Origin: Callorhinchus milii
Taxonomy: Eukaryota
NCBI RefSeq assembly: GCF_018977255.1
Contig: NW_024704742.1
Location: 131,504,001-131,568,000 of the forward strand
DNA length: 64,000 bases
Direction: 5' to 3'
Shown here: positions 51,622 to 63,912 of the stretch, in pieces
Position numbering within the stretch: the first letter of the stretch is position 1
Layout: each line of letters opens with the position of its first letter
Notes under the pieces: generated by a model
The model's database searches: none
Told to the model about the DNA's origin: nothing
The model's input: only the letters and a program-made list of their open reading frames with translations
Program-made: the position numbers and the translations under genes

Positions 51622-52609
51622 TGTAGGGTTTTTATATAGTACGATCCTGAGGTAAGATAGTACAGAGACAATGGATAAATCAAAGGGTTAATTTATTAAT
51701 CAAAAGACAGTTATTAAACAGTTACAAGTTTCATGCTTACAACTGCAGAAGCTGATTCAGGGCAGGCTGATCTCGACCTTCCCTGGGGACACCAACACGC
51801 CAATAATCCTTTGGTTAATTGTTTAGCCATGAACCCACACGGCTCATGGGATCCATTAACTCACAGTGTCTGACGGTGTCTGACAACTGTGTCTGACGAT
51901 GTCCCAACAATGTCCATTGGTGTCCACCGTGTCCCAATGGTATCCAACCTCTTAACATTTGTTTAGTTCTTTTATACCCCAAAGTTCGGACACATGATGA
52001 TGAAATAAGAAGGTGTAGGCAGAGGCCATTCCATCCAATCAAAGTTCACAGTTTGATTGTCCAATTATATTTCTGAATTGATCCATCCAATCATCTTTCC
52101 ACACACGGGAGGCCCCAAGATTATCAAGGTTTTAATCTCAAGAATTTGGGAATTTTTCTGATACAAAGTGTGAAAAGTTCAATTGGACAGATAATTGTCC
52201 TTCCTTGACACCTTCACATGTAAAATCCTTTCAAGATCCCATCCAAGCAGACTGCAAGGCTCCAAGAGTTCCATTAATCAAGTCAATGTCAGGTTAACTC
52301 GAAGCCACAGACTTCTGATCTTGTGAGCATTGTCTTTTGGGTCTTCTTAGTTGGTTGTAAAGTCTCTTGTATCAACACCATGTCCATTTAATTTACTTGA
52401 GATAGACTGTTAGATACTATTCTTCCAAATAAGGAAAGGCATAACACTTATCCATCAGGTCTTCATCAAACGTATCATAGAACCCCAAAACACAGACCTC
52501 ACAACATTTGGTTCAAATTCTCTCTCTCACATTCCTTAAGATCAGTCAAGGTTGTCTCAGTTCTTTATATACATCCTGGAGTATCAAACAATAATTTTAA
52601 TGATTTAAA
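51622..52609 (-). mobile_element. ~1-kb solo-LTR-like insertion splitting a SINE B (51540-51621 + 52611-52908)
   Basis: Starts TGTAGGG; minus-strand AATAAA (~51692) and TATAAAA (~51972), CCAAT motifs; SINE resumes after it; imperfect TSD acag/gcag. Confidence 0.65.
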
Positions 52610-52974
52610 GCAGACTTTACTATGAAGTGAATTCACTGTATATCTTGTGGGCAAACCGCAGCAGTCAATTGTGCACAACAGTGTCCCACAAACAGTTGTG
52701 GATTGAGTGACCAAATTGTTTTTTAAGGGATCATTACCCCCAGAAAGTGATCCGCCAATTGATTAACAACAGTGTTCCTGCTAACTGCTAGGTAAACAGA
52801 TGTGTGGAGTAAGAAAACTTGCCTAAGGTTTCGTCTCTCCCAGGAATCAAACCCAGGTCCTCTTGCTTGCGAGGCAAGTGATCTAAATAATACGCTACAG
52901 GACTCCATAGTTGTGACATTGGGGTAAAAAATGTAATGTTTCATAATACATTCAATAAAGTGCCGCATTTAGGG

Positions 52975-53315
52975 CGTCAGCTTGGTTCAGTCGGTAGCAC
53001 TCCTGCCTCTGAGTCAGAAGATTCAAGCCTCACCTCAGGAGTTTGAGCTCAGAGTGCAGTACTGGGGGAGGGGCACTGCATTGTCAAAGGTGCTGTCCTT
53101 CAAATGAGACTTTAAACCGAGGTCCCGTGTGCCTGTTCGGGGGGCTGTTAAAGAATCAATGCACTATTCAAAACGAGAAAGGAATTTCTCCAAGTGTCCT
53201 GGCCAACAATCCCCAAGATAAAAATGGTCACTCACTCCATAGCTGTTTGTGGGATGTTGCTGAGCCTATACATTCACTACAGTTTACAGTAAAATCTTGT
53301 GAAACGCTTTGAGGG
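52975..53315 (+). mobile_element. DeuSINE, near full length
   Basis: gtcagcttggttcagtcggtagcactcctgcctctgagtcagaag head plus Deu core. Confidence 0.85.
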
Positions 53316-53383
53316 GTCTTGGACTTGCAAGATGTGTTGTTTTGAAAATGGATTAAAAGCCCAACTATTGTGCTAAGTTCATT

Positions 53384-53590
53384 GGTGGTGCCGTGTGGGG
53401 GGGTGGCTGGGGTGTGGGGGCGGGGGGTGGTATGTGCTGTGTGTGGGGGGTGGTGTGTGGTGTGGTGGGGGGGTGGTGTGTGGTGTGCAGGGGTTTTGTG
53501 TGGGGTGGGGGTGGGTAGTGTGTGGTGTAGGGGGGGTGGGTAGTGTGCGGTGTGTGGGGGGTTGGGTAGTATATGGTGTGGGTGTGTGTG
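53384..53590 (+). repeat. G/T-rich low-complexity tract
   Basis: About 200 bp of GGTGTG/GGGG variants. Confidence 0.9.
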
Positions 53591-54322
53591 AAAATTGGTT
53601 GGTTTCACATCAGAAATCAGTCTTTAGAAATATGTGTAAAAGTGTGAGTCACACTTTTGATAGTATCAAAATTATTATTATTATCAAATCTTTTGTGAAA
53701 GATGCCATTTATCATCTCCACCCACTTTGTGCCAAGCTTGAAATATGAGCTGAAATCACCCCTTCAAAGCATGGAAGCTGTTCTGGGTTTGCTTTCTGAA
53801 TCCCGTTCAGCAATTTATAAACCTATATAACAACTCCTCTGTCATGTAACCATTTTTATAGTGTCAAATCTAGCGATGATAATAATACGAATCCTTGCAT
53901 TTGCTAAAACGCCTTTCCATGATGTCTCAAAGCACTTCACAGAATTTAATGTAAAACGTAGTAACTGTGTATTTGTAGATGAACGCAGCAGCCAATCTGT
54001 GCACAATGATGTCCTGAAAACAGCCGTGAAGTGAATGAGTAATTTTATGTGGTGGGTTGTTGACCAGGAAACCAGGAGAAACTCCCTTCTCTTTTCAATA
54101 GTCACATATGATCTTTAATGTCCAGCTAAACAGGCAGACAGGGCCTTGGTTTCAAGTCACATCTAAAAGATGGATGCAGGATTCCCTGGTTCACCACTGC
54201 ACTGGAGAACTCAGATAGGATTTTATTGAATCTAAGTCTTAAATGCTTGCACGTGTATTCACATAACCTCTCAAATGCCAGCAAGGGAAAACCACATCAG
54301 GATAGACATGAGGGATAACATG

Positions 54323-54745
54323 AAAACAAAAACAGAAGTTGCTGGGAACACTCAGCAGGTCAGGCAGCATCTATGGAGAAACGAAAGTGAGTCAACATTG
54401 ATGTAATAATGGTCACAGAAGAGGGGGAGAGGGAAGGTGAGCTGTTATGGTCTGAAATTGTTGAAATCAATATTGAAGCCAGAGGGCTGTAAGGTTCCTA
54501 GCAGATAAATCAGGTGCTGTTCCTCGAGCTTGCGCTGTAGCTCATTGGAACAGCGTAGGAGACCATGGATGGAGAGGTCAGAGTGCAAGTGGGTGGGAGA
54601 ATTGAAATGGCAGGAGACTGGAAGCTCAGTGTTGTGCTTGCGGACAGAATGGAGGTGTTCGGCAAATCGGTCTCCCAATCTGTGTTTCGTCTCCCCAATG
54701 TAGAGGAGACCACATCGTGAGCAGCGAATGCAGTAAACTGATAAC
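54323..54745 (-). mobile_element. Penelope-like element 3' end: GIY-YIG endonuclease plus terminal repeat fragment
   Basis: VYCIRCSRCGLLYIGETKHRLGDRFAEH...VSCHFNS..H...RKLEEQHLIYLLGTLQPSGFN is the canonical PLE GIY-YIG with the CxxC insert. Confidence 0.93.
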
Positions 54746-55299
54746 ATGTCCACTTCTGTGTTGACAAAGCCCCTGGGAACAGCTCAGAAACACTATTGTC
54801 ATGGGAAAATTCACATCAGAGTACAAGCAAAATAGCGAGCAGAAAGAATTCATTGCATCCATGCAAGTTGCTTACCCAATAGACCCACTTGCAATGGCAA
54901 AGCTTTGGTCGTGTCTATTTCATATTAAAAACGAACCACATTTGGTGGAAACACAATGAGCATGATTTTGCATTCATCCTGCAATCCAGTTATGGTCCTG
55001 TAGATCCACTGTGTGGTGCTATCCCTGTTCTCTGTTCATTCCACTGAGCCACATTTCTACCCTGACACCTCGTCAATATCTGCTCATGATGTGGGAAGTT
55101 GAAACACAAAGTACTTAGACAAATGACTTGCGCTTATCACTTTCCATTGCCCAGAAGACTCAGGCCTAGATTACACATATATTCAACTGATCAGTTTCAT
55201 AGACTGGGCTGGAGCTCACTGCTCCCATAGACTACACAAGTGGATGCATTTGATCTGTTTGATGCTTTAAAGAAGGAATTGGAGTGACAATCCTTCAGG

Positions 55300-55572
55300 G
55301 GTGCCTTTGGGGCTCCAGTGAAGCTACTCTAGAATGCACACTCTGGGCTCCCCAAGCCTTGGCTGTTGCCAACCTGTGCCTAATACTTTCCAGAATTATG
55401 TAAGCAAGATGTGTCCCTCCAAGGAGAGAGAGTTTACACTCCATTCCAACAATCTATCTCTGGAATTTCCATGTGTAGGTGGCATGCATGGACTTCTCAG
55501 TTTGGTTTGGATACTCTTAAGCACGGTGATGAGTTTCCACATGGGTTAGACACCCAGCTGACCAAACAAAAT
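55300..55572 (+). mobile_element. Family X retroposon 3' fragment
   Basis: Reverse complement of 10193-10420; ends gctgaccaaacaaaa. Confidence 0.75.
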
Positions 55573-55618
55573 GCTCTGTGCCATTATGGATTTCATACCT
55601 TGCTGGTGCCATTGCTTT

Positions 55619-55828
55619 GGGGTCAAAATTGCACAGTGTGATAATCACCAGTGACAACTATTACATCAACAAAACAATCATTCAGAAGCAATCAATTGCC
55701 ATTGGCCTTGAGGTGAAACCTCCTTGTATCATCCAAGGCCAGTGATAATGATTGACTGCTTTGACCACTATGTGGTTGACAATGATAATTATCACTGGTG
55801 ATAATGTCACACACCACATTTTTGCCCC
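55619..55828. mobile_element. 210-bp palindromic MITE
   Basis: ggggtcaaaattg / catttttgcccc termini; arms atcaccagtga, aagca.tcaat and ca.tggccttg pair throughout; ttt on both flanks. Confidence 0.8.
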
Positions 55829-56449
55829 TTTTATCTCTTGACATTGTGCTGCATTAGTCATTTCACCTCACATACACCACCCCCCACAAAATTGTTGTCT
55901 TGTGTTTCAAGTCGGGACCAAATTTAAGTTACCAAAGTAATGTTTGCATGGTCAAAACTTCTTTAGGATTAAATCATTGTACAGTGTAAACTACAGTATA
56001 AACTAAAAAAAATAAACTAGAAGGATATGGGGAAAAGGCATAAATGGGATTGAAAGGATTGCTCTTGAAGAGAGCCAGGATAGGCTCAATGGGCCGAATA
56101 ACCTTCTTTTGTGCTATAACTTTTAATAATTCTATAGTTCTAGTGCGAAACAGGTTTGCCTGTCCTTGTGTAATATTTTATATATATGTCTAAGACCATA
56201 ACACCAGAGTACTAACACTACAGAGAAAACAGTGTGCTAAGCCTATGCTAAGCTGTGATAATAATAGAATATTCATGAAGACCCAATTTGGAATCAGTCA
56301 ATTTACAATGAAAAGACAGATGCCATCTTTGGCATTATTAGCTCAGGCAAAGGCAGTGACAGATGCATATGTATAGTTGTCAGGAGTTGCCCATTTCTAT
56401 GCTGTAACATTCTATGTATGATTCCAAGTGATTCAAGAACTATAAATAT

Positions 56450-56788
56450 ATAATAATCCTTGAATTTGATATAGCACCTTATCACATTATTGAGATGTCT
56501 CAAAGCGCTTTACATAATATATACTGTAAAGTAAATTGACTGTATATCCTCAGGGTGAAACACAGCAGCAAAATGCATACAGGGTCCCCCAAACAGTCTT
56601 AGATTGAGTGACCAAATTTTTTTTTAATCCACCAATCAACTGACAACCAAGTTCCTATTTCCTGCTAGGTAAACAGAGGCGTGTGGAGTAAGGAAAATTG
56701 CCTAACGTTTTGCCCGGCCCGGGAACCAAACCTTGGGTCCTCTTGTTTGCGAAATGAGTACTCTCACCAACACGTTACAGGACTCCAC
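56450..56788 (-). mobile_element. tRNA-Ala SINE subfamily B
   Basis: tacaggactcca head end, ctgctaggtaaacagagg internal segment, (TAA)n on the plus strand. Confidence 0.85.
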
Positions 56789-57254
56789 AAATGGCGAAGA
56801 ATCCGGTCAAAAGGCATGAGAGGTAGGGCAGCACAGGATTACATTTTAATTATTTACTCTGGAGCTTGTCCAGAGTCTCCGAGGCACCGTCCGGCGTGCG
56901 GGTGCTCTATAAATGCAAGTTGTTGTCGTCGTCGTCGGATGATTCTTCGCAGAATAAGTACACTTCAGAATTGAGTGCAGTAGGGTCTGAACATTATTTC
57001 AAACAAGAATGTAACAAAGCTGGATTTGCAGTCACACTTAACAGTACCAAATGGTTACAATGGTAAATCAATCTATCTATTTAGGTGGATATTAAAGATC
57101 CTGTGATACTAGTCCAAACAGGAAGGGAATTTCTCCTGACAAGAATTCCCCCAAATAAAATTGGTTATTCACTGATTGTGGGCTACACTTTACAGTAGAT
57201 CCTGTGAATCGCTTTGAGATATCCTCCTAATGTGAAAGGCACTATGTCAAAATG

Positions 57255-57330
57255 TTACTACAGTTACTACAGTTTAAATCACTCTGTAGAAGTAATTTTC
57301 AAGTGGTCTTCAGTGATGGGTCAGCAACCT
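57255..57330 (-). mobile_element. R4/Dong-like extreme 3' end, third copy, joined to a DeuSINE tail
   Basis: agttactacagtttaaatcactctgtagaagtaatttt..agtg.tcttcagtgatgggtcagc matches the reverse complement of 9448-9512. Confidence 0.65.
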
Positions 57331-58394
57331 TCTTACAGAACTAGTTGTGGATATAAAGCAAGTTTTCCAAAAGAACAAAACTTATTCCATACAAGAAGAT
57401 CCCCCAAATAAAATATTATGCGAAGCTTCTTCTGCTTAGAAACAAAGCTTTATTGAAAAATGATGTGATGGGGTGGAAAGAGAGACACACATTTACATAG
57501 GCTTGGCATTAACAAGCTGCATCCACACACCTCTGAATATAATCATCCCAAAAATTACCATTTTGAGTTTCTATGCATATTCCTCTGTTATTTTGTGAGG
57601 TGAGTTTCCATGCTGCAGTCAGTCCATGCTGCCAATTCATAAACTTCTCATCTGCACTGCCAGTGATCTATTACTGTTTTTTAAGGAAAAGTCCCAGAAC
57701 ATTTGTATAATAATGTCACTGTTGCACTGTGATCGATGGAACTTGTTGATGGAGAGACACAAAGGGGTCCCATATTCTATTGTTTCCATGCAGGGATTCT
57801 TTCTTAGCGATTCCAAGTGGGCAATTCACGCGGTCACACTGACATAAATAATAATAAACCTTGCATTTGATATAGCACCTTATCATGCTGTTGAGACATC
57901 TCAAAGGTTTCCATGCAATATACTGTAAAGTGAATTGACTGTGTATAGTGTGGGCAAAATTGGGGGAACTTCTCTTGGAACGCTGGTTGCACCATAGTTT
58001 CTACTGGTTGGTGTGACGGATTTCAAGTTTCCTTATTGAACAATCGCATTTGAAGTTGATGGATTTGGACATCTCCCTCCCAAGCTCCCCCACCTCCCCA
58101 TTCTGCAAGCCTTCAAAGTACACTTTTCATGTTGGGAAGACACCTCAAAGGACCCACTTAAATTGTACAGCCCTGTTTTGTAGGCCAATGTGGCAACAAG
58201 TTGCCACGTCCCGCAAACAGTTATGAAAGAAATGATCAATTTTATATTTGGGACTGTTGGCCAGGACAGGGGGAGAAACTCCTTTCTGACTGAAAGGCGA
58301 GAGCATTACCAGTTAAGCTCGGCTGATACACAAACTTAACATTGTGTTGGACGATATGCATCCACTGTATAACACACAATAGTTTCTGATTATG

Positions 58395-58692
58395 GTCTGT
58401 ACCTGGAGCAATCAATTTAAGATAGTTAGTAAATGAGCAAATGGGGAGGTTAGGAGAATTTGTTTCACACACAGTAGATAGGACATGGATTGCCCTGCTG
58501 GTCACGGTGGTTGAGGCAGAATCTATAATGGACTTCTAGGGGGATCTCGACAGATACCTTATAAACAGTCAGCCATGGGGGTATGGAGAAAGGGCAGGTT
58601 AATGTGACTGAAAGGATTGCTTTTGAGGGAGTCAGCACAGACACATTGGACCGATTGGCCTTCCCCTGAGCTGCAGTTTTCTATGATCCTAC
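58395..58692 (+). mobile_element. CR1 3' fragment (similar ends at 14100-14270, 56010-56140 and 60570-60685)
   Basis: gaggttaggagaatttgtttcacacac...gtggttgaggcagaatc...gcacagacacattggaccgattggcct...ttctatgat. Confidence 0.8.
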
Positions 58693-58694
58693 AA

Positions 58695-58774
58695 TTTTTC
58701 ACATTGCAGTTTTTCACTGCCTGTGTTAGAACCATATTCTAAGCCCAGTCATTGAAAAACTGCAATGTGAAAAA
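58695..58774. repeat. 80-nt near-perfect inverted repeat
   Basis: tttttcacattgcagtttttca / tgaaaaactgcaatgtgaaaaa form a perfect 22-bp stem; inner ttagaa-ccata-ttctaa. Confidence 0.95.
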
Positions 58775-60804
58775 CTATGGTAAGGGTGGAGTTGCCTGCA
58801 AAGCACACAGTTACTACACTTTACAGGGAATTCCTGTGAAGCGGCAGAAGTGTCCTCCTGACGTGAAAGGCACTTCATGAAATGCAAGAATTATCATATG
58901 TACATCTTTGAGTTATATTAATATGTGAAAGACTGCAAGAAATATTTGTTTTATTTTGTTTTAACATTGTATAGTTTTCCCCGCTTCCCTTGACCTCTGA
59001 TATAAATTCTGTATGCTGCAATTTGAAATAAAATACATTTTGCAATATCTCATTTTACTTTTTTAAATAGATCAGAATAATTATACTGCTATCATTTAGC
59101 ACCAGGCTTGTACATTTCTTGGGTGTAATCTACTCACTGAAGGTGCAACTTGGAGAAAAGCTTGAGTGCACAGGGACTTATTTGGAATTAGTAAACCAGG
59201 CCTAGAACTGGGGAGGCAATGCCATCAGATTGTGTGTCGTATAAACAGCAATTACTTCACAACTGCACGGGTGAGGTGTTCTGCCTGATATTAAAAAAAA
59301 CGATGTTAATGGTGGTCACCCTTAAACCATTCCTCACATTAAACATCCTATGTGCGTTTCACAAAATATACACAATCCACCAAGTAATAAAAAAAAACCC
59401 TCATTCAATTCCCGGCTAAGCGCTCCAAGATGTTGCTCCACGTGAAGCCCGCGATATCAATGCAAGTTGTTGTTGTTGTTTGTGGGACATTGCTGTGCGC
59501 TGTAGCATCTTCCTACATATACAGTCACTTTGCTTTATAGTATATCCTGTGAAGTCCTTTGAGCCTTTGTCTCAACATGAAAGGCACCACATCAAATGTA
59601 AGCATTATTATTGATGCCTTGACCTGAATATTGTGCTTTGGGAACTCACTGGGGCTCCTCTGAAGTGGTACATTGTTAGCAGAATTGTCTATCACTGCTC
59701 TAAAACACAGTTGTCTTGACTCATTGACCTTCACTCATTGACTTGTCCTCAGTTATCGCACTGATCAGCAGTGTGATAAATATCTTTGGTCATATCTCAC
59801 ATGTTGTAATTTTCAGCTCTGCAGTAACACAATTACTGAATGGATTTGACTTTCTGGAGTCCCGCAGCATAGTAGTTGAGACGTCTCAATGGTGTAATAA
59901 GACTCTACATCAAATGCAAGGATTATTACTATTATTATTATTTTTGACATGGTTTGAACGAGTTGCCTTTCTCCCCCAGCATCAGTTGCCGCACTGCAGT
60001 AAAGCTGACCACCACTTGTTCCAAGGATGTTTCAGATCTGAAAGAAACAGTTAAGTAACAAGAAACATTTGTACAGACGTTTTCATTTTATAACTCATCT
60101 CAATAGAAATCAAACTTTATTCCAGTTTCATATTGGACAATATTTTATGCGGACCTGCTACAATGAGTTTCAGAAAACATCTTAAAATTTAGGTCTAATA
60201 ATGTAAACAGACCACAGTGAAACTCTTTAACAAGTCTACACACCAGTGACTCTTACCTTGAGCTAGTCTGCTCTGCTTTATTATTTCTCTTGTGAATAGA
60301 TCTCATAGAATGCCTTCTTACAAAGAAACTACAAATAACCTCTTCCTCTAAGGAGAACGTGAAAGGAATTAGAGAACCATAAGCTTTCAACTGAGCTCCC
60401 TTCAGTGTGTCGAATAAGCAGCAACATACTCCAGCAAAGTGGGAATCTGATATTGACTTGGTGACCACAGTCCATTGCCTCAAGCATTGGTGGCCACATT
60501 ATAATGGGGAAGTGTCTTTCTCAGTTAGCATTGCAAACTTGATTTCCTGCTGCTTGTGGATGGTGGGAGAATTAACACCGTGTCAGATTGTGGCTTACTT
60601 TGATGCGAAAGTGAATATTATGGAGGGATAAGGTCAGATAGGCTGAAGGGCCTTCTCAATCCAAACAGATCTTGTGATTTTGTGATCAACGCACTCCGTC
60701 CATAGACTATGCCAAACCTTTCCACCATTCAACTTGATCCAATTCTGTTAAGATATTTCTTCATCCCTCCTCCCAAGGATTATACAATTAAAAATCCCAA
60801 ATAT

Positions 60805-61340
60805 TTAATAATAATCCTTGCATTTGATATAGCGCTTTTCACGTCTTCTAGTCGTCTCAAAGCACTTCACAGAATATGCTGTAAAGTGGATTGACTGTAT
60901 ATTTGTGGGCGAAACGCGGCAACCAATTGAAGTCCTGTAGCTCAGTGGTTAGAGCACTCGCTTTGCAAGTGAGAGACCTGAGTTCATTTCCAGGCAGGGC
61001 GAAACCTTGGGCAAGTTTCCTTACTCCACACAGAGCCTAATAATAATCCCTCCAAAACCAAAAAACAATAATTAAATTGGTCATTTTCAATCTACGACTG
61101 TTTGTGGGACATTGCTGTGCGCAATTGGCTGCCGCGTTCGCCCACAAATATACAGTCAATTCACTTTACAGTGTGTTCTGTGAAGCGCTTTGGGACGTCC
61201 TCCCGACGTGAAAAGCGCTATATCAAATGCAAGGATTATTATTATTATTATAATTGCGCACAGCAGTGTCTCACAAAGAGTCGTGGATTGAAAATGACCA
61301 ATTTATTATTGTTTTGTTTTTTGGAGGGATTATTATTATA
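60805..61340. mobile_element. SINE A (+, 60930-61251) nested inside an inverted SINE (minus)
   Basis: 5-bp TSD aattg at 60925-60929 and 61252-61256; the host SINE resumes exactly. Confidence 0.93.
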
Positions 61341-61756
61341 TAGAGCGGTAGAGAGAGATGATCATGAAAAGTCACGTATTGTACCATCGTTAGAATATGA
61401 ATCAACTGAGGTTGTGGGAGGGAGGTCATGGCATAGGAAATGGTTGGAGAGAGATACAAGTAATATTAATATAGCTTTCTATTCTACAAGAAGAAGGCCT
61501 TTTTTGGTTTAATTAATTATTATTTTTAATTATTTTAATTAATTATTATTAATTTGTCAATTATTAATAATAATCCTTGCAGTTGATAGTGCCTTTCACA
61601 TTTAGAGCATGTCTCAAAGTGCTTCACTGAATTAACTGAAAAGTACAGTAACTATTTTGTAGGTGATAGGCAGTCTGCACACAATAATGTGCAAATAATC
61701 ATGTTGTGAATGTCCAATCTTATTTGGGGGAAAAATGCCATTGAACTATAGGAGGT

Positions 61757-62332
61757 GTCTGTCTGGTTCAGTTGATAGTACTCTTGCCTCTGAATCAGTA
61801 AGTTGTGGGTTCAAGCCCCACATCAGACTTTAACTTCACATTGTCTTGGCTGACACTCCAAAGCAGTGAAAGGGGGAGCGTTGCATTATTTGAGGTCCCG
61901 TGATTCCGATGAGACATTAAACTGAGGTTCTGCACACATGTTCAAGTGGACATTAAAGATCCCATGTCATAATTTGAAAAAGGGAGGTTCTCTCCTCGCA
62001 TCCTGGCCAACTTTTGTTTTGGTCTGCAGGTAGTCTGACAAATGCAAAACCGATCACCATGCTTAAGAGGATCCAAAACAAACTGAGAGTTGCATGGACC
62101 CCACCTATATATGTTGGAATGGAATGCACACTCTTTCCATAGAGGGATGTATTCTGTTTACCTAATTCCAGAACGTATAAGGAGCAGGTGACATGGCCAA
62201 CAATTCCCCCCCAAATAAAATTAGTCATTCACTTCATGGCTGGTTCCTGTGCACAAATCGCCTGCTGTGTTTACATCTAAACATACAGAGTCACTACATG
62301 TTACAGTAAAATCCTGTGAAGCGCTTTGAGAC
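61757..62332 (+). mobile_element. DeuSINE interrupted by a family X insertion (62012-62193, minus)
   Basis: TSD tggccaac at 62004-62011 and 62194-62201; another X fragment follows at 62335-62445. Confidence 0.85.
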
Positions 62333-63175
62333 AAAACAGACTGAGAGTTCCACATGTGTACGTTACCTACATATGGAAATTTCCCCTGAGTCTGGAATGG
62401 AATATGCACTCTCTCAGGAGGGACATACCCTGCTTACCTAATTTATCCAAAATATTCATCCAGCACCTTGTTTCAAATGAACTGATCTTTCATTTGAAGC
62501 TGTTGAATGGTAAAAAAACATACATTTAAGCTGTTAAACTCTATACTCATTTATACTTCAAAATAGGTTCCTGACACAGCTGCCACAATTAGCGATAACA
62601 AATTAAGAAATTATAAAATTAGATGCAATTTTGGGAGTATAAATAAGGATGATTAGAAAGTAATCTATTACACTTTCATACTGACATGTGCTATCTTTGT
62701 AAAACCTGGAGAGTGTAATTATCCTGCGAATCCGCAGCACATACTAATGACTATGCTAATGGCACATAATTTTGAGCTAATTCCAAATTAGGTTGGTTTA
62801 GAGCACAAGGATATTTCCAGCAACTTACAAAGGCCCCAAAATTCCATGCAGTCTCAGCCTGCGGAACCATCTAAAGATTTTGTGACAAATTTTGAAAACT
62901 CGAATCTTAATTTGGAATCCGCCTTCCAAATTAAGACACAATTAAGAATTTTCTGCAGTGTTAAGTCTGATGGCAAAATGGTCCTGCAGGCAAAGAACAG
63001 GTGGAATTTCAAGTCTCCGATCTGAAAATGTGAAACCTATTTTTGGAAGAATGTAGTTGTTGGAATAGAATAATTGTTACATTTCACCCCTAACCTTCCC
63101 CGTTATGTTATTTGGGGTTTGCATATTTCCTTTAATAACTCAGCAATGTGTTAGTCTTTTTAAGGAGTGTAGAAT

Positions 63176-63482
63176 CCGGCCTGCTGCAGCCTGCTCCACG
63201 TCCTCCGACCGGTCCATTCCACTATCGGCAATCTAGCCTTCAGCCTCTCTGCCACCATCCTGTGAAACTCCATCCTACAATCCCTTCACCTTGCTCACTC
63301 CCTTGCCTCTTTCAAGGCATTTCTCAAGACCCACTTCTTTGACCGCACCTTCAATCACCCTCTTACCACTATAATCCACCTCTCCTGATCCCAACCTCCT
63401 GCTCGGGTCCAAATCCCTGACTGTCCAGCACATTGGGACATACTCCTAACGTGAATAGTGCTATATAAATGTAAGTATTTTG
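63176..63482 (+). mobile_element. L2 3' fragment
   Basis: ccttcagcctctctgcc...ctcaagacccacttctttgacc...tcctaacgtgaatagtgctatataaatgta. Confidence 0.85.
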
Positions 63483-63629
63483 TAGAATTGGAAAGCGTGA
63501 TCACTGATTGTGGCATGGATAGAAAAGGGGAGGCATGGATAGACAGGGGAGGTGCAGCAAACCTGAGTTAGCCAAGCAAAAGGGGTGAGTAGGGTTGGAG
63601 GAGATGCAAAGAGCATGACTGATGTAAAT

Positions 63630-63912
63630 GATAATAATAATAATCCTTACGTTTGATATAGCGCTTTTCACGTCGGGAGGACGTCCCAAAGCGCTGCACA
63701 GAACACACTGTAAAGTGAATTGACTGTATATTTGTGGGCGAACGCGGCGTCCCACAAACAGTCGTAGATTGAAAATGACCAATTTTATTATTGTTTTTGG
63801 TTTTGGAGGGATTATTATCAGGCTCTGTGTGGAGTAAGGAAACTTGCCCAAGGTTTCACCCTGACTGGAATTGAACTCAGGTCTCTCGCTTGCAAAGCGA
63901 GTGCTCTAACCA
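63630..63912 (-). mobile_element. tRNA-Ala SINE subfamily A (small internal deletion)
   Basis: Reverse complement of the 16566 copy, lacking the ~20 bp aattgcgcacagc segment. Confidence 0.93.

Noticed and set aside
51863..51945. Short regularly spaced repeats superficially like a CRISPR array
   Set aside because: Units are 10-13 bp and degenerate with no unique spacers; no cas genes; eukaryotic LTR context
53228..53748. His/Pro/Thr-rich and Gly/Val/Cys-rich ORFs
   Set aside because: Translations of the GT-rich low-complexity tract
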